Source: Actinomycetota bacterium | GTDB lineage: Bacteria; Actinomycetota; Acidimicrobiia; Spongiisociales; UBA4744 | DNA: 64,000 nt | Assembly: GCA_013152275.1 (NCBI GenBank) | Contig: JAADGS010000023.1 | Coordinates: forward strand, 1 to 64,000 | Direction of reading: 5' to 3' | Translations under genes and position numbers: made by a program | The notes under the pieces: model-generated | What the model saw: the letters and a program-made list of their open reading frames with translations, nothing else | The model's database searches: none | What the model was told of the DNA's origin: nothing | Shown: positions 52,546-61,460 of the stretch, one piece after another | Position numbering within the stretch: the first letter of the stretch is position 1 | Layout: each line of letters opens with the position of its first letter

Positions 52546-53048
52546 CCCCCCGGTGGCCCTTCCGGTGGGGCAAAATCCTCAGGTGTGACTTCATCGAGGA
52601 ACTCCCTGAATTTCTCGATCTCGGACTCCTCGTCCTCGTCACGAATCTCGATGCCGGCATCGTCGATGACCTCCGCCGAGGCGAAGATCGGCGCGCCTGT
52701 TCTCGCCGCCAGGGCAATGGCGTCAGATGGTCGCGCCGAGACGTGCACCTCTTTCCCCTCCTGATCGAAGACGAGGTCGGCGTAGAACACGGCGTCACGC
52801 AGTTCGGTGACCTCGACCCTCGCCACGGTTCCACCGAGAGCGTCGGCGACCAACTTCAGCAGATCGTGGGTCAGTGGGCGCTGGGGTACCAGGCCTTCTA
52901 CGGCATAGGCGATGGCGGTCGCTTCGACTGCACCAATCCATATGGGCAGGAACCGTGTACCGGCCGTCTCGCGCAGAAGTACCACCGGCTGGTTCGTCGG
53001 CAGTTGGAGGCGCACTCCGATCAGCTCCACGGGGATACGGTCGCTCAC
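52542..53048 (-). CDS. bifunctional nuclease (DUF151) family protein
   Basis: LPIWIG..EA, RPLTHDL, ARPSDAIALA. Confidence 0.93.
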   Translation of the reverse strand: MSDRIPVELIGVRLQLPTNQPVVLLRETAGTRFLPIWIGAVEATAIAYAVEGLVPQRPLTHDLLKLVADALGGTVARVEVTELRDAVFYADLVFDQEGKEVHVSARPSDAIALAARTGAPIFASAEVIDDAGIEIRDEDEESEIEKFREFLDEVTPEDFAPPEGPPGG

Positions 53049-53060
53049 AGACTCAGCCTA

Positions 53061-53624
53061 TCACCGCCCAAACGCGTACTCTGCCAGCAAGCCGGGCTCG
53101 TCCTTGAACCGGGCGAGATCCAATACCGCCCAGATCGAGCGTAGGTTGCGGTAGTACCCTTCCCAGTCGAGGCCGTAGCCGAGCAGGAACTCGTCTCCCA
53201 CCTCGAATCCTCGATATTCGACGGGGACATCGACGATGCGGCGCGGCACCTTGTCCAACAACGCAACGGTCCTCAAGCTCGCCACGTCTCTCGTGGAGAG
53301 CAGCCGTCGTAGAAATGTCAGAGAGAGCCCGGTATCGACGATGTCCTCGACGATGAGCACATCCCGATGTTCCAGCGAAGTCTCCGTGTCCATGGAAACA
53401 CGAGCCCGTCCTCCTTCGGCGAAACGGTTCAGCAGAAGAAAGTCGATCTCGCAATCACCGGTGATTGCGCGTGAGAGGTCGCTGAGAAAGGGAAGAGACC
53501 CCGCAAGAACACCTACCAGGACGGGGACGGTGTGGGCATAGTCGGCACTGATGAGTCGACCGAGCGTTGCGATGCGGCTCTCGAGAGCCTGCTTGGTGAT
53601 GACTTCGACGACCGGCTCAGCCAT
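53061..53624 (-). CDS. hpt: hypoxanthine phosphoribosyltransferase
   Basis: VLIVEDIVDTGLSL, LLDK, FLLGYGLD..YRNL. Confidence 0.88.
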   Translation of the reverse strand: MAEPVVEVITKQALESRIATLGRLISADYAHTVPVLVGVLAGSLPFLSDLSRAITGDCEIDFLLLNRFAEGGRARVSMDTETSLEHRDVLIVEDIVDTGLSLTFLRRLLSTRDVASLRTVALLDKVPRRIVDVPVEYRGFEVGDEFLLGYGLDWEGYYRNLRSIWAVLDLARFKDEPGLLAEYAFGR

Positions 53625-54753
53625 TGCTCCACAACCATGACCAGTAACGTCCCACCCATCCAAGTGCATCTCTCAGGGTCGGAAGATGAGAAGAGTCGGC
53701 GCCGACGAGCGCGGCCTCCCCGGCACGTTCATCGCCGATGGTGGCGGTGACCACCGGGATCACGCCTTGGAAGCCGGTGCGCAGGGTGACGGTTTCCTCC
53801 TTTGCGGCGAACGTCTTCACGGTGGAGTCGGCAGCCATGTCCTGCACGTCCGCGGAGGACCGCCGCTGTGCGTAGGTGACTCCCTTCATGATCACTTCGA
53901 TCACTCCGAATTCCGTCGCACCGTAGTCGAGCAGCGCCGCCGCATCGGCGAAGCTGTCCGTCGATCCCATGACGACCGCGTAGAGTCGGCGGCCCGAGTT
54001 CTCTGCTGCTGCGACGAGGACGAGGCCGGCTTTGCCCGTGTAGCCCGTCTTGACGCCGATGGCACCTGCGTAGCTGCCAAGGAGCTGATTCGTGTTGTGG
54101 ACGATTCGTTCGGTTCCATCCGGTGCATCCGGAAGTCTCGCCGTCTGCGTACGGACCAAGGTTGCGAAGAGAGGGTTCTTCATGGCGACCCTCGCCATCG
54201 TCAGGAGGTCGCGGGCGCTGGTGAAGTGTCCGGGTGCATCCAGCCCGTGCGGATTGACGAAGTGAGTGTTCTCGAGTCCCAAAGAGCGAGCTTTTCCGTT
54301 CATCAAGGCCACGAAATCGTCCACGCTGCCACCAACACCTTCGGCCACCGCCACGGCGGCATCGTTGGCCGAACGAACCAGCATCGCGGTGAGAAGGTCT
54401 CTGAGCGTCCACGTCTCCCCCTCGACGAGACCGGCTTCGGCTTCTCCGATCCCTGCGGCGCGAGCACTGATCCGGATGGGATCATCGAGGTTGCCTTGCT
54501 CGAGAGCAACGAGTGCCGTCATGATCTTCGTCGTCGAGGCCATTGCTCGCCGTTCGTCGGCATTGTGCTCTGCAAGGACACGATCGAAGGTGTCATCGTA
54601 GAGAATCCACGCCTCTGCGGTCACATCTGGGGGAGCCCCGGAAAAGGCACCGTGGACCGGCAGGGGCGGCACGTCGCGTATGGCGCCGGCCGCCGGGGTG
54701 GCAGTGGCGACCATGGCGACGATGGACAGGAGAACGAGTGTGATCCGGCGCAT
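53617..54753 (-). CDS. D-alanyl-D-alanine carboxypeptidase (peptidase S11)
   Basis: ASTTK, SAN, NPHGLD, KTG. Confidence 0.93.
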   Translation of the reverse strand: MRRITLVLLSIVAMVATATPAAGAIRDVPPLPVHGAFSGAPPDVTAEAWILYDDTFDRVLAEHNADERRAMASTTKIMTALVALEQGNLDDPIRISARAAGIGEAEAGLVEGETWTLRDLLTAMLVRSANDAAVAVAEGVGGSVDDFVALMNGKARSLGLENTHFVNPHGLDAPGHFTSARDLLTMARVAMKNPLFATLVRTQTARLPDAPDGTERIVHNTNQLLGSYAGAIGVKTGYTGKAGLVLVAAAENSGRRLYAVVMGSTDSFADAAALLDYGATEFGVIEVIMKGVTYAQRRSSADVQDMAADSTVKTFAAKEETVTLRTGFQGVIPVVTATIGDERAGEAALVGADSSHLPTLRDALGWVGRYWSWLWSNG

Positions 54754-54879
54754 CTAAGACCTCGGAGCCTGTTCCCGTGTTTGCGCCGTCTCGATGACGG
54801 ACACCGGAGTACCGGGTCGTGGGTGGGGAGAACCGGAAACGTCGAGGCTCGTTCGGTGCATGATCTGTGGCTTCGGCTC

Positions 54880-55566
54880 TTACTCTGCTGCCATGAGTGC
54901 GCGCAGTTGCTCCGAGAGAGCGGCGCTTCGCATCTTTGCGATTGCGTCTGCGCAGGCGGCGAGCGTCTCGGCGGCTCGTTGTCGTGCCTCCGGGTTCCTG
55001 GCGCGTAGCAGTGCAGCCGTGAGGGCCTCCAACAGTTCGGCATCCCGCTCGCTGGAGATGCGGACGGAGCGCAGGTGACGGCCCTCGAGGCCGTAGGCGA
55101 GCAACCTCTGCGCCTGGGTGGCGACGGCTACCTCTTCGGCCGAATAGCGCTCGGGTGTTCCCTCCTCCGGTCTCACCACACGGTTGTCGATCAGATCGCT
55201 CAATTGCCGAGAAGACAGTCCGGTCAGTCGCCGAAGCTCGTTGCGATCGACTTCTTGGCCGGCGGGCTGGAAGAGCTGTTCCGGTGGTGGGCCGGCAGGT
55301 GCGGGAACCGGCATCTCTTCTCCGCGTTCCCACATCGTCAACTTCGACTTGATCACTTTCAGAGGAAGGAAGTGATCTCGCTGTTGTTGGAGGATGTAGC
55401 GGAGCCGGGCCACGTCTTCGTCAGAGAAGGACCGATAGCCCGAAGCGCTGCGACTCGGATTGATCAGGCCTCGACCTTCCAGAAACCGTACTTTCGATAC
55501 GGTCAGGTCCGGAAACTCATCCTTGAGGAGGGTGATCACCTCGCCGATCGACAACCCTTCACTCAT
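54880..55566 (-). CDS. MerR-like regulator (FtsR/Rv1828-like)
   Basis: LSIGEV...EFPDLTVSKVRFLE..GL..P.R..SGYR, QRDHFLPLKVI. Confidence 0.9.
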   Translation of the reverse strand: MSEGLSIGEVITLLKDEFPDLTVSKVRFLEGRGLINPSRSASGYRSFSDEDVARLRYILQQQRDHFLPLKVIKSKLTMWERGEEMPVPAPAGPPPEQLFQPAGQEVDRNELRRLTGLSSRQLSDLIDNRVVRPEEGTPERYSAEEVAVATQAQRLLAYGLEGRHLRSVRISSERDAELLEALTAALLRARNPEARQRAAETLAACADAIAKMRSAALSEQLRALMAAE

Positions 55567-56002
55567 TGCCTTTGGCCACCACGAGATGAAACTTCCCGAC
55601 GATCACCTCGTCCCCCGTCTTGAGCGTTGCCCTATCGACACGCTCTCCGTTTACATAGGTACCGTTGGTTGAGCCGGAATCTTCGACGATGAGGTTGGTA
55701 CGGTCGAGAATCAACCGACAGTGGTGGCGAGAAACCGTGATGTCATCGAGGAAGATGGCAGAGTCCGGATGTCGGCCGACGGTGGTCGTCCCCTCCTGGA
55801 GAACCCATCCCATGCCTGCCCTCGGGCCACGTTTGACGAGAAGAATATGGTCCCCGGAAAGCGTTGCTTCCGCTGCCTCCGGGACCAGCGCGGCCATCTC
55901 GGGTACGAAGGTCATCGTCGGTTCGTGCTCGATGGAGATCCCACAGACGGGACATTGAGCCGCGTCGTTGGGAATCTCGGCATGACAACTGGGACAGTGC
56001 AT
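55559..56002 (-). CDS. FHA-domain protein with N-terminal Zn ribbon (GarA/OdhI-like)
   Basis: CxxC..CxxC, GRHPDSAIFLDDITVSRHH, GSTNGTYVN. Confidence 0.9.
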   Translation of the reverse strand: MHCPSCHAEIPNDAAQCPVCGISIEHEPTMTFVPEMAALVPEAAEATLSGDHILLVKRGPRAGMGWVLQEGTTTVGRHPDSAIFLDDITVSRHHCRLILDRTNLIVEDSGSTNGTYVNGERVDRATLKTGDEVIVGKFHLVVAKGNE

Positions 56003-56126
56003 TACCCGTATCGTAGCCGCCGATCACTGCACGCTGTGCAATGCGTGAGGAGCGACCGGGCATCGTGTGCATATGAAGCGACCGCGCCCTCGACCTCGGG
56101 CAAGACGGAATCGTTGCGTGCAGACG

Positions 56127-56513
56127 TCAGGCGTGGGCCGTCAGCTCCGCATACGCAGCCGCATCCAGCAGAGTGGCGGCCTCTGCGGCGTCGGTCGGCT
56201 GCATGAGCGCAATCCAGCCTTGGCCGTAGGGATCGGCGTTGATGAGCTCCGGGTGATCGGCAAGGGTCACGTTGACGGCCACGACGGTGCCCGAAATCGG
56301 AGCGAAGACGTCGGACACCGACTTGGTGGACTCGAGTTCACAGAGCGAGTCTCCCTTCGCATACGTGGTTCCCACATCGGGGAGATCCACATATACGACG
56401 TCGCCGAGAGCATCCTGAGCGAAGTCACTGATGCCGATGCGGATCTTGCCGTCCGGTTCCTGGAGTATCCACTCGTGATCTTCGGTGTAGCGCCTATCTT
56501 CTGCAACCTGCAT
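56127..56513 (-). CDS. gcvH: glycine cleavage system H protein
   Basis: YTEDHEW, GISDFAQDALGD, ESTKSVSD lipoyl motif, PYGQGW. Confidence 0.97.
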   Translation of the reverse strand: MQVAEDRRYTEDHEWILQEPDGKIRIGISDFAQDALGDVVYVDLPDVGTTYAKGDSLCELESTKSVSDVFAPISGTVVAVNVTLADHPELINADPYGQGWIALMQPTDAAEAATLLDAAAYAELTAHA

Positions 56514-56544
56514 TCGGCTCTGCCTCCTGTTGCTTCACGGCAGC

Positions 56545-57078
56545 TTACAGCGCCCTGCGTACATCCCCGACGTAGAGGACGGCCACCCACCAGTACAGAA
56601 CCAACCCGACCACACCGAAGCTCCACGCGATCGCGGCGAACAGGCTCGGGAGCAACGAACCGTGGGAAACGTAGAAGGCGGGAATCGCTCCGTAGAGGAT
56701 GAATGTGGCGAGTTTACCGAGCCGGCGAACATCGATCTTCTTGCCGTGTCCTGCGAGGAACAGCGCACCCGCCCCGACGAGTACATCCCTCACCGCGATC
56801 CCGATGCCGAGACCGAGGGGAATCACCCCGACGAACATCCCGCCGATCACCGCGGTTGCGATGGCGAGCCGGTCGGCAAGCGGGTCCAGCACCTTTCCGA
56901 GTTCGCTCACCTGGTTCAGACGTCTGGCGAGGTAGCCGTCGATCCAGTCGGTCCAGCCGATCAGAAGGAGGAGCCATCCTGCCGCAGCCGCTTCGTTTCG
57001 GCTGAATGCGAGCCATGCGAAGATGCCGACTCCAACCAGGCGCAGCGCCGAGATCAGGTTTGGGATGGTGAGAATCAG
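56545..57078 (-). CDS. CDP-alcohol phosphatidyltransferase (PgsA2-like; start uncertain, possibly CTG)
   Basis: TIPNLIS..R, TDWIDGYLARR...S.LGKVLDPLAD. Confidence 0.9.
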   Translation of the reverse strand: MILTIPNLISALRLVGVGIFAWLAFSRNEAAAAGWLLLLIGWTDWIDGYLARRLNQVSELGKVLDPLADRLAIATAVIGGMFVGVIPLGLGIGIAVRDVLVGAGALFLAGHGKKIDVRRLGKLATFILYGAIPAFYVSHGSLLPSLFAAIAWSFGVVGLVLYWWVAVLYVGDVRRAL

Positions 57079-58091
57079 TGCGTTTGCTCCACGACATAGC
57101 ACGCGACGAGGTGCTCGGGACTTGTCTCGATGAGTTCAGGATGAGGGTTGGTACGACACTGCTCGGTGGCCCATCGGCAACGTTCGATGAACCGGCAGAG
57201 GGGAGGCGGATCGATCGCCTTGGTGATGCCGCCTTCGATCTCGACGTCAGGCCGTTCGTAACTGGGGTCCGGAACGGGAACGGCGGAGAGGAGCGCTCTG
57301 GTGTACGGGTGGAGTGCGTTTGCGAGCAGGTCTTCGGTTCTGGCGATTTCGACGATCTTGCCGAGGTACATCACCGCGATCCGGTCGCACATGTAGCGTG
57401 CAACGGCGAGGTCGTGGGTGATGTAGAGGTAGGAGACGCCGAATTCTTCGGCGAGTCGAAGCATGATGTCCATGATGGAGATGCGGATGCTCACGTCGAG
57501 CATCGACGTCGGTTCGTCGGCCACCACGAATGCAGGGTCGATAACGAGGGCACGAGCGATGGCGACTCGTTGCCGCTGACCGCCGGAGAGTTCGTGCGGG
57601 TACCGGAACAGGAACGTGGTCGCGGGTGTGAGTCCGACCATCTCCAGCAGCTCGGCGACACGGTGCTCCCGTTCGGGGAGCCGCCCGATGCCTTGCACCT
57701 GGAGTGGCTCTGCGATCGTGTCGAAGATCGTCCGCCGGGGGTTCATGGACTCGTACGGGTCCTGGAAGATCATCTGAACCCTGCGGCGGAAGCGTTTCAT
57801 GCCGTCCCTGCCGATGTCGGAGACGTTGAGCATCTCCTCCCCGTCTCGCAGCAGGATATCTCCGCCCGTAGGGGCGTCGAGGCGGGCGAGAATGCGACCG
57901 GTCGTCGTCTTTCCCGAACCGGACTCCCCCACCAGGCCCAGACTCTCACCTGCTGCGATCTCGAAGCTGACGCCATCGACCGCGTGAATGAACTGCGTTG
58001 CCTTGCGGAAGAGGCCACGTCCCAGAGGGAAGAGCTTCTGTAGGTGCTCGACTTTGATGAGGGGCTGCTCCGTCTGTTGCTTCAGCGTCAT
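57075..58091 (-). CDS. oligopeptide/dipeptide ABC transporter ATPase (OppF-like)
   Basis: [26 protein letters not shown]-terminal Cys cluster. Confidence 0.95.
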   Translation of the reverse strand: MTLKQQTEQPLIKVEHLQKLFPLGRGLFRKATQFIHAVDGVSFEIAAGESLGLVGESGSGKTTTGRILARLDAPTGGDILLRDGEEMLNVSDIGRDGMKRFRRRVQMIFQDPYESMNPRRTIFDTIAEPLQVQGIGRLPEREHRVAELLEMVGLTPATTFLFRYPHELSGGQRQRVAIARALVIDPAFVVADEPTSMLDVSIRISIMDIMLRLAEEFGVSYLYITHDLAVARYMCDRIAVMYLGKIVEIARTEDLLANALHPYTRALLSAVPVPDPSYERPDVEIEGGITKAIDPPPLCRFIERCRWATEQCRTNPHPELIETSPEHLVACYVVEQTH

Positions 58092-59104
58092 GGTTCCAGC
58101 CTCCCGAGTTCCGGGACTTCCTCCGAGTGCCAGCAGGCGACACGGTGCCCTTGCGAGATCTCATCGAACGGCGGCTCATCGGTTGCACAGATCTCTGTCG
58201 CCCACGGGCACCGTGGGTGGAATCTGCAGCCTGTCGGCGGATCGAGGAGGTCGGGCGGCTCGCCTTCGAGGGGAGCGAGTTTGCGCCTGGGCCCTCTGAC
58301 GCTCGGCGTCGATGCGAGCAGGAGGTAGGTATACGGATGGGCAGGGCGGGGGAACACCTCTGCGGTGTCGCCGAGTTCGACGAGTCTTCCCGCGTACATG
58401 ACTCCGATGCGATCACTGACCTCCGCGATGACGGCGACATCGTGGGAGATATAGATGATGGCCATCCCGAGCTCCCGCTGCACGTGCTTCAGCTCGGTCA
58501 AGATCTGGTCCTGCACGATGACATCGAGGGCGGTCGTCGGCTCGTCGGCGATGATGATCTTGGGATCACACGACAGCGCCATGGCAATGATCGCCCGCTG
58601 ACGCATGCCTCCCGAGAACTCGTGAGGATACCGGTCCATCATCGCGGCCGTCAGTCCCACGAGTTCGAAAAGCTCGGCGATACGCTCGCGCCCCTCTGTC
58701 TCCATCATGTCGGGGAAGTGCAACTCCATCGCTTCCCAGATCTGATCGCCGATCTTGTAGACGGGATTCCAGGCGTTCATGGCACCCTGGAACACCATGG
58801 AGATATCACTCCAGCGGTGGTGGCGCATTTCCTCGTCGGAGATATGCGCGATGTCCGTACCGGCAAGGATGACCCGACCACTGACGATCTTTGCGTTGTC
58901 CGCAAGCAACCGGATCAGCGTCATGGCCACGGAGGTCTTCCCACACCCCGACTCCCCCACCAAGCCCAGAGCTTCGCCTTGGGCGAGGGTGAAGCTGACG
59001 TTGTCGACGGCCTTGACCTCGCCTGCCTTCACCATGTAGTGCATCGTGAGGCGATCAACCTCGAGTACCAATTGTGCCGTTCGTGACTCTTGGTCCAAAA
59101 CCAT
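58088..59104 (-). CDS. oligopeptide/dipeptide ABC transporter ATPase (OppD-like)
   Basis: GESGCGKT, FSGGMRQR, DEPTTALD. Confidence 0.95.
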   Translation of the reverse strand: MVLDQESRTAQLVLEVDRLTMHYMVKAGEVKAVDNVSFTLAQGEALGLVGESGCGKTSVAMTLIRLLADNAKIVSGRVILAGTDIAHISDEEMRHHRWSDISMVFQGAMNAWNPVYKIGDQIWEAMELHFPDMMETEGRERIAELFELVGLTAAMMDRYPHEFSGGMRQRAIIAMALSCDPKIIIADEPTTALDVIVQDQILTELKHVQRELGMAIIYISHDVAVIAEVSDRIGVMYAGRLVELGDTAEVFPRPAHPYTYLLLASTPSVRGPRRKLAPLEGEPPDLLDPPTGCRFHPRCPWATEICATDEPPFDEISQGHRVACWHSEEVPELGRLEP

Positions 59105-59108
59105 CTCC

Positions 59109-60185
59109 CTACCGTTTCCTCAGCCTCGGGTTGATGATCTCGTCCATCGCCCTTCCGACCAGGTAGAACGAACCGGCCAGGAGCGTCACCGACAGGCCTG
59201 CGGGAAAGAGCAGCCACCAGTAACTGGCGCTCGACAGCAGGTATCCCTGCGAGTTTGCCGTGTAGATCATGATCCCCCAGCTCATATTGATGTTCATCAA
59301 TCCGAGGAAGGACAGTGTCGCCTCGATCGAGATCGCATCCGTGACCGAGAACATCATGTAGAGAAAGCTCAAGGGAAGCACATTGGGGATGATGTGCCGG
59401 AAGATCAGATGCATTCGCCCGCCCCCGGCTACACGGGCAGCGTCGATGAATGGCTTCACCGCCACCGAAAGGGCTTGAGACTTCAGGATGATGGCGGTGC
59501 CCCCGAAGCCGGACAGTAGTCCAATCATGATGGCGAGGTGGAGCAGCTGGAAGTGGATCAGCGCCGACAGCACGATCAAGATGGGCAGGAACGGCACGAG
59601 GATGATCAGGTCGGCAAGCCTCATGAACAGGGTGTCGACGATTCCCCCGAAGAACGCGGACACCGCGCCGACGGTCGTGGCTATTCCGACGGTGACGAGG
59701 GCCGCCACGATACCGAGCATGAATGCGGCGCGCGTGCTGAACATGAGCTGAGAGAGCACGTCACGGCCCAGTGGGTCCGTACCCAACAAATGGGCGCGCG
59801 ATGGAGGCGCCGGCTGCAGCGTGATATCCATCGTGTCGCCCACCTTCAGCATCGGATTCAACAGGCGCGCGCTGAAGAGATCGATCTGTGTGTTCGTATC
59901 GGTGACCTCGTTGTCGGGAACGACCACTTTCTCTTGGAGAGGAGCGTCGTAGCCGATGACAGGGTCGTAGATGGTCGGGTTCCAGACGTACTTCATGAGA
60001 AGCGGATGAGAGAGCGCCGCGAGTCCGTAGATCATGATGATCGCGAGGCCGACCAGTCCGATCCGACTCTCGACGAAAGAGGACCAGCCGTTGCGGAATC
60101 CGCGCCAGGCGAGTCGGAGACGCACACGCCACAACGGCTCCTGGATCAGGTGAGGCGTCTCTGGGACCATCAGCCGGTCGGCCAT
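59109..60185 (-). CDS. peptide ABC transporter permease (OppC-like)
   Basis: HLLGTDPLGRD, EAA-like FIDAARVAG, RHIIPN. Confidence 0.93.
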   Translation of the reverse strand: MADRLMVPETPHLIQEPLWRVRLRLAWRGFRNGWSSFVESRIGLVGLAIIMIYGLAALSHPLLMKYVWNPTIYDPVIGYDAPLQEKVVVPDNEVTDTNTQIDLFSARLLNPMLKVGDTMDITLQPAPPSRAHLLGTDPLGRDVLSQLMFSTRAAFMLGIVAALVTVGIATTVGAVSAFFGGIVDTLFMRLADLIILVPFLPILIVLSALIHFQLLHLAIMIGLLSGFGGTAIILKSQALSVAVKPFIDAARVAGGGRMHLIFRHIIPNVLPLSFLYMMFSVTDAISIEATLSFLGLMNINMSWGIMIYTANSQGYLLSSASYWWLLFPAGLSVTLLAGSFYLVGRAMDEIINPRLRKR

Positions 60186-60187
60186 CG

Positions 60188-61357
60188 TCAACCTCCGACT
60201 CGAATCCGTGGATCGAGGAACATGTACAGGATGTCGACCACCATGTGAGCGAGCAGCGCAAGGATCGCGATGAACGTGAACGCTCCGATGACGAGCGGGA
60301 TGTCTTCGGCAAGCGCAGCGGTCAGCAGTGTCCGCCCCATGCCGGGCCAGGAGAAGACTTCTTCGGTGATCACGCCCCCACCGATCAGAAACGCAAGTCC
60401 GATCACGAGAGAGGTCGTTACCGGGAGTAAGGCGTTTCTGGCAGCGTGCTTGTCGCGGATCACCTTCGTCGACAGACCTTTCGCTCTGGCCGTCAGGATG
60501 TAGTCCTCACGCAGCGTTTCGAGCATCGAAGCTCTCGTCAGCAGCATCGTCCCACCGAATCCGATGAGCGACAGGGTGATCGTCGGCAGGATCAGATGAT
60601 CGCCGATGTCGAGGGCGTACGGCAGCAGTACGCTCCACACGGTCATCCACCAGATGACCGTCGCACCTATGAAGACGATTCTGCCCGCCCAGATCACCCG
60701 CCTCCCGACGATCCGGTTGTGCCTTCTCCTCCCGATCATCTCGGTGATGACGAGCGCAGTGCCGAGCAGGGCGACGGTCAGCAACATCCTGTTGAAGACA
60801 TAGTTGGCATTGAATGTATCCGGTTTGTCCAGCCATTTCTCGACCGTGAGGAACTTGCCGCCCGGAAAGAGCTTGAAGTCGAAGGAGAACGTTCGGATCA
60901 TCAGGAGAGCGAACCACGGATAGAACACGGTCTGAAAGAAGACGCCCGTGACCGTTATCAGGTTCTCTCCCCGCTTCCCCCTCCGCCAGGCGAGGATCTT
61001 GCCGGATTTGAAACCCATCCAGAACGAGAGGAGTGTCGCGAAGACGAAGAGTGCGACGGTGCGGGGAATGCGTTCCTTGAGGATGTCCGAGACTTCCCGG
61101 GGGTATTCGGAGAAGGAAACACCGAGGTTTCCGGTCACGAAGTTCTGCATGTAGCGGACGTATTGGTCCCACGCCGATCCGGTGAGGCCGAGACGTTCCG
61201 CGTACTGCTGGCGCGCCTCCGGTGGGATCTTCGGATTGGAGAGGAACTGGTCGCTGATATCACCGGGCTGTGCCTGCAAGAGGAAGAAGGTTGCAGTGAG
61301 GAAGACGAAGAAGACGAGCACGTTCTGGAGCGTGCGCTTCCCGATGTACTTCAGCAA
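60188..61357 (-). CDS. peptide ABC transporter permease (OppB-like)
   Basis: QPGD, GNLGVSF, DYILTARAKGL, KHAARNA, EEVFSWPGMG. Confidence 0.93.
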   Translation of the reverse strand: MLKYIGKRTLQNVLVFFVFLTATFFLLQAQPGDISDQFLSNPKIPPEARQQYAERLGLTGSAWDQYVRYMQNFVTGNLGVSFSEYPREVSDILKERIPRTVALFVFATLLSFWMGFKSGKILAWRRGKRGENLITVTGVFFQTVFYPWFALLMIRTFSFDFKLFPGGKFLTVEKWLDKPDTFNANYVFNRMLLTVALLGTALVITEMIGRRRHNRIVGRRVIWAGRIVFIGATVIWWMTVWSVLLPYALDIGDHLILPTITLSLIGFGGTMLLTRASMLETLREDYILTARAKGLSTKVIRDKHAARNALLPVTTSLVIGLAFLIGGGVITEEVFSWPGMGRTLLTAALAEDIPLVIGAFTFIAILALLAHMVVDILYMFLDPRIRVGG

Positions 61358-61404
61358 TCTCTGCCTCCTCGCACGTCCTGCAGGCTGTGGGAGCTTAACA
61401 CCGT

Positions 61405-61442
61405 CGAAAGGAGGGGAGGGCTCTCGCCCTCCCCTCCTTTCG
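61405..61442 (-). terminator. intercistronic hairpin between substrate-binding and permease genes
   Basis: 17-bp perfect stem CGAAAGGAGGGGAGGGC/GCCCTCCCCTCCTTTCG with a GAGA loop on the minus strand. Confidence 0.75.
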
Positions 61443-61460
61443 CATTGTGTTGTCGGTTGC

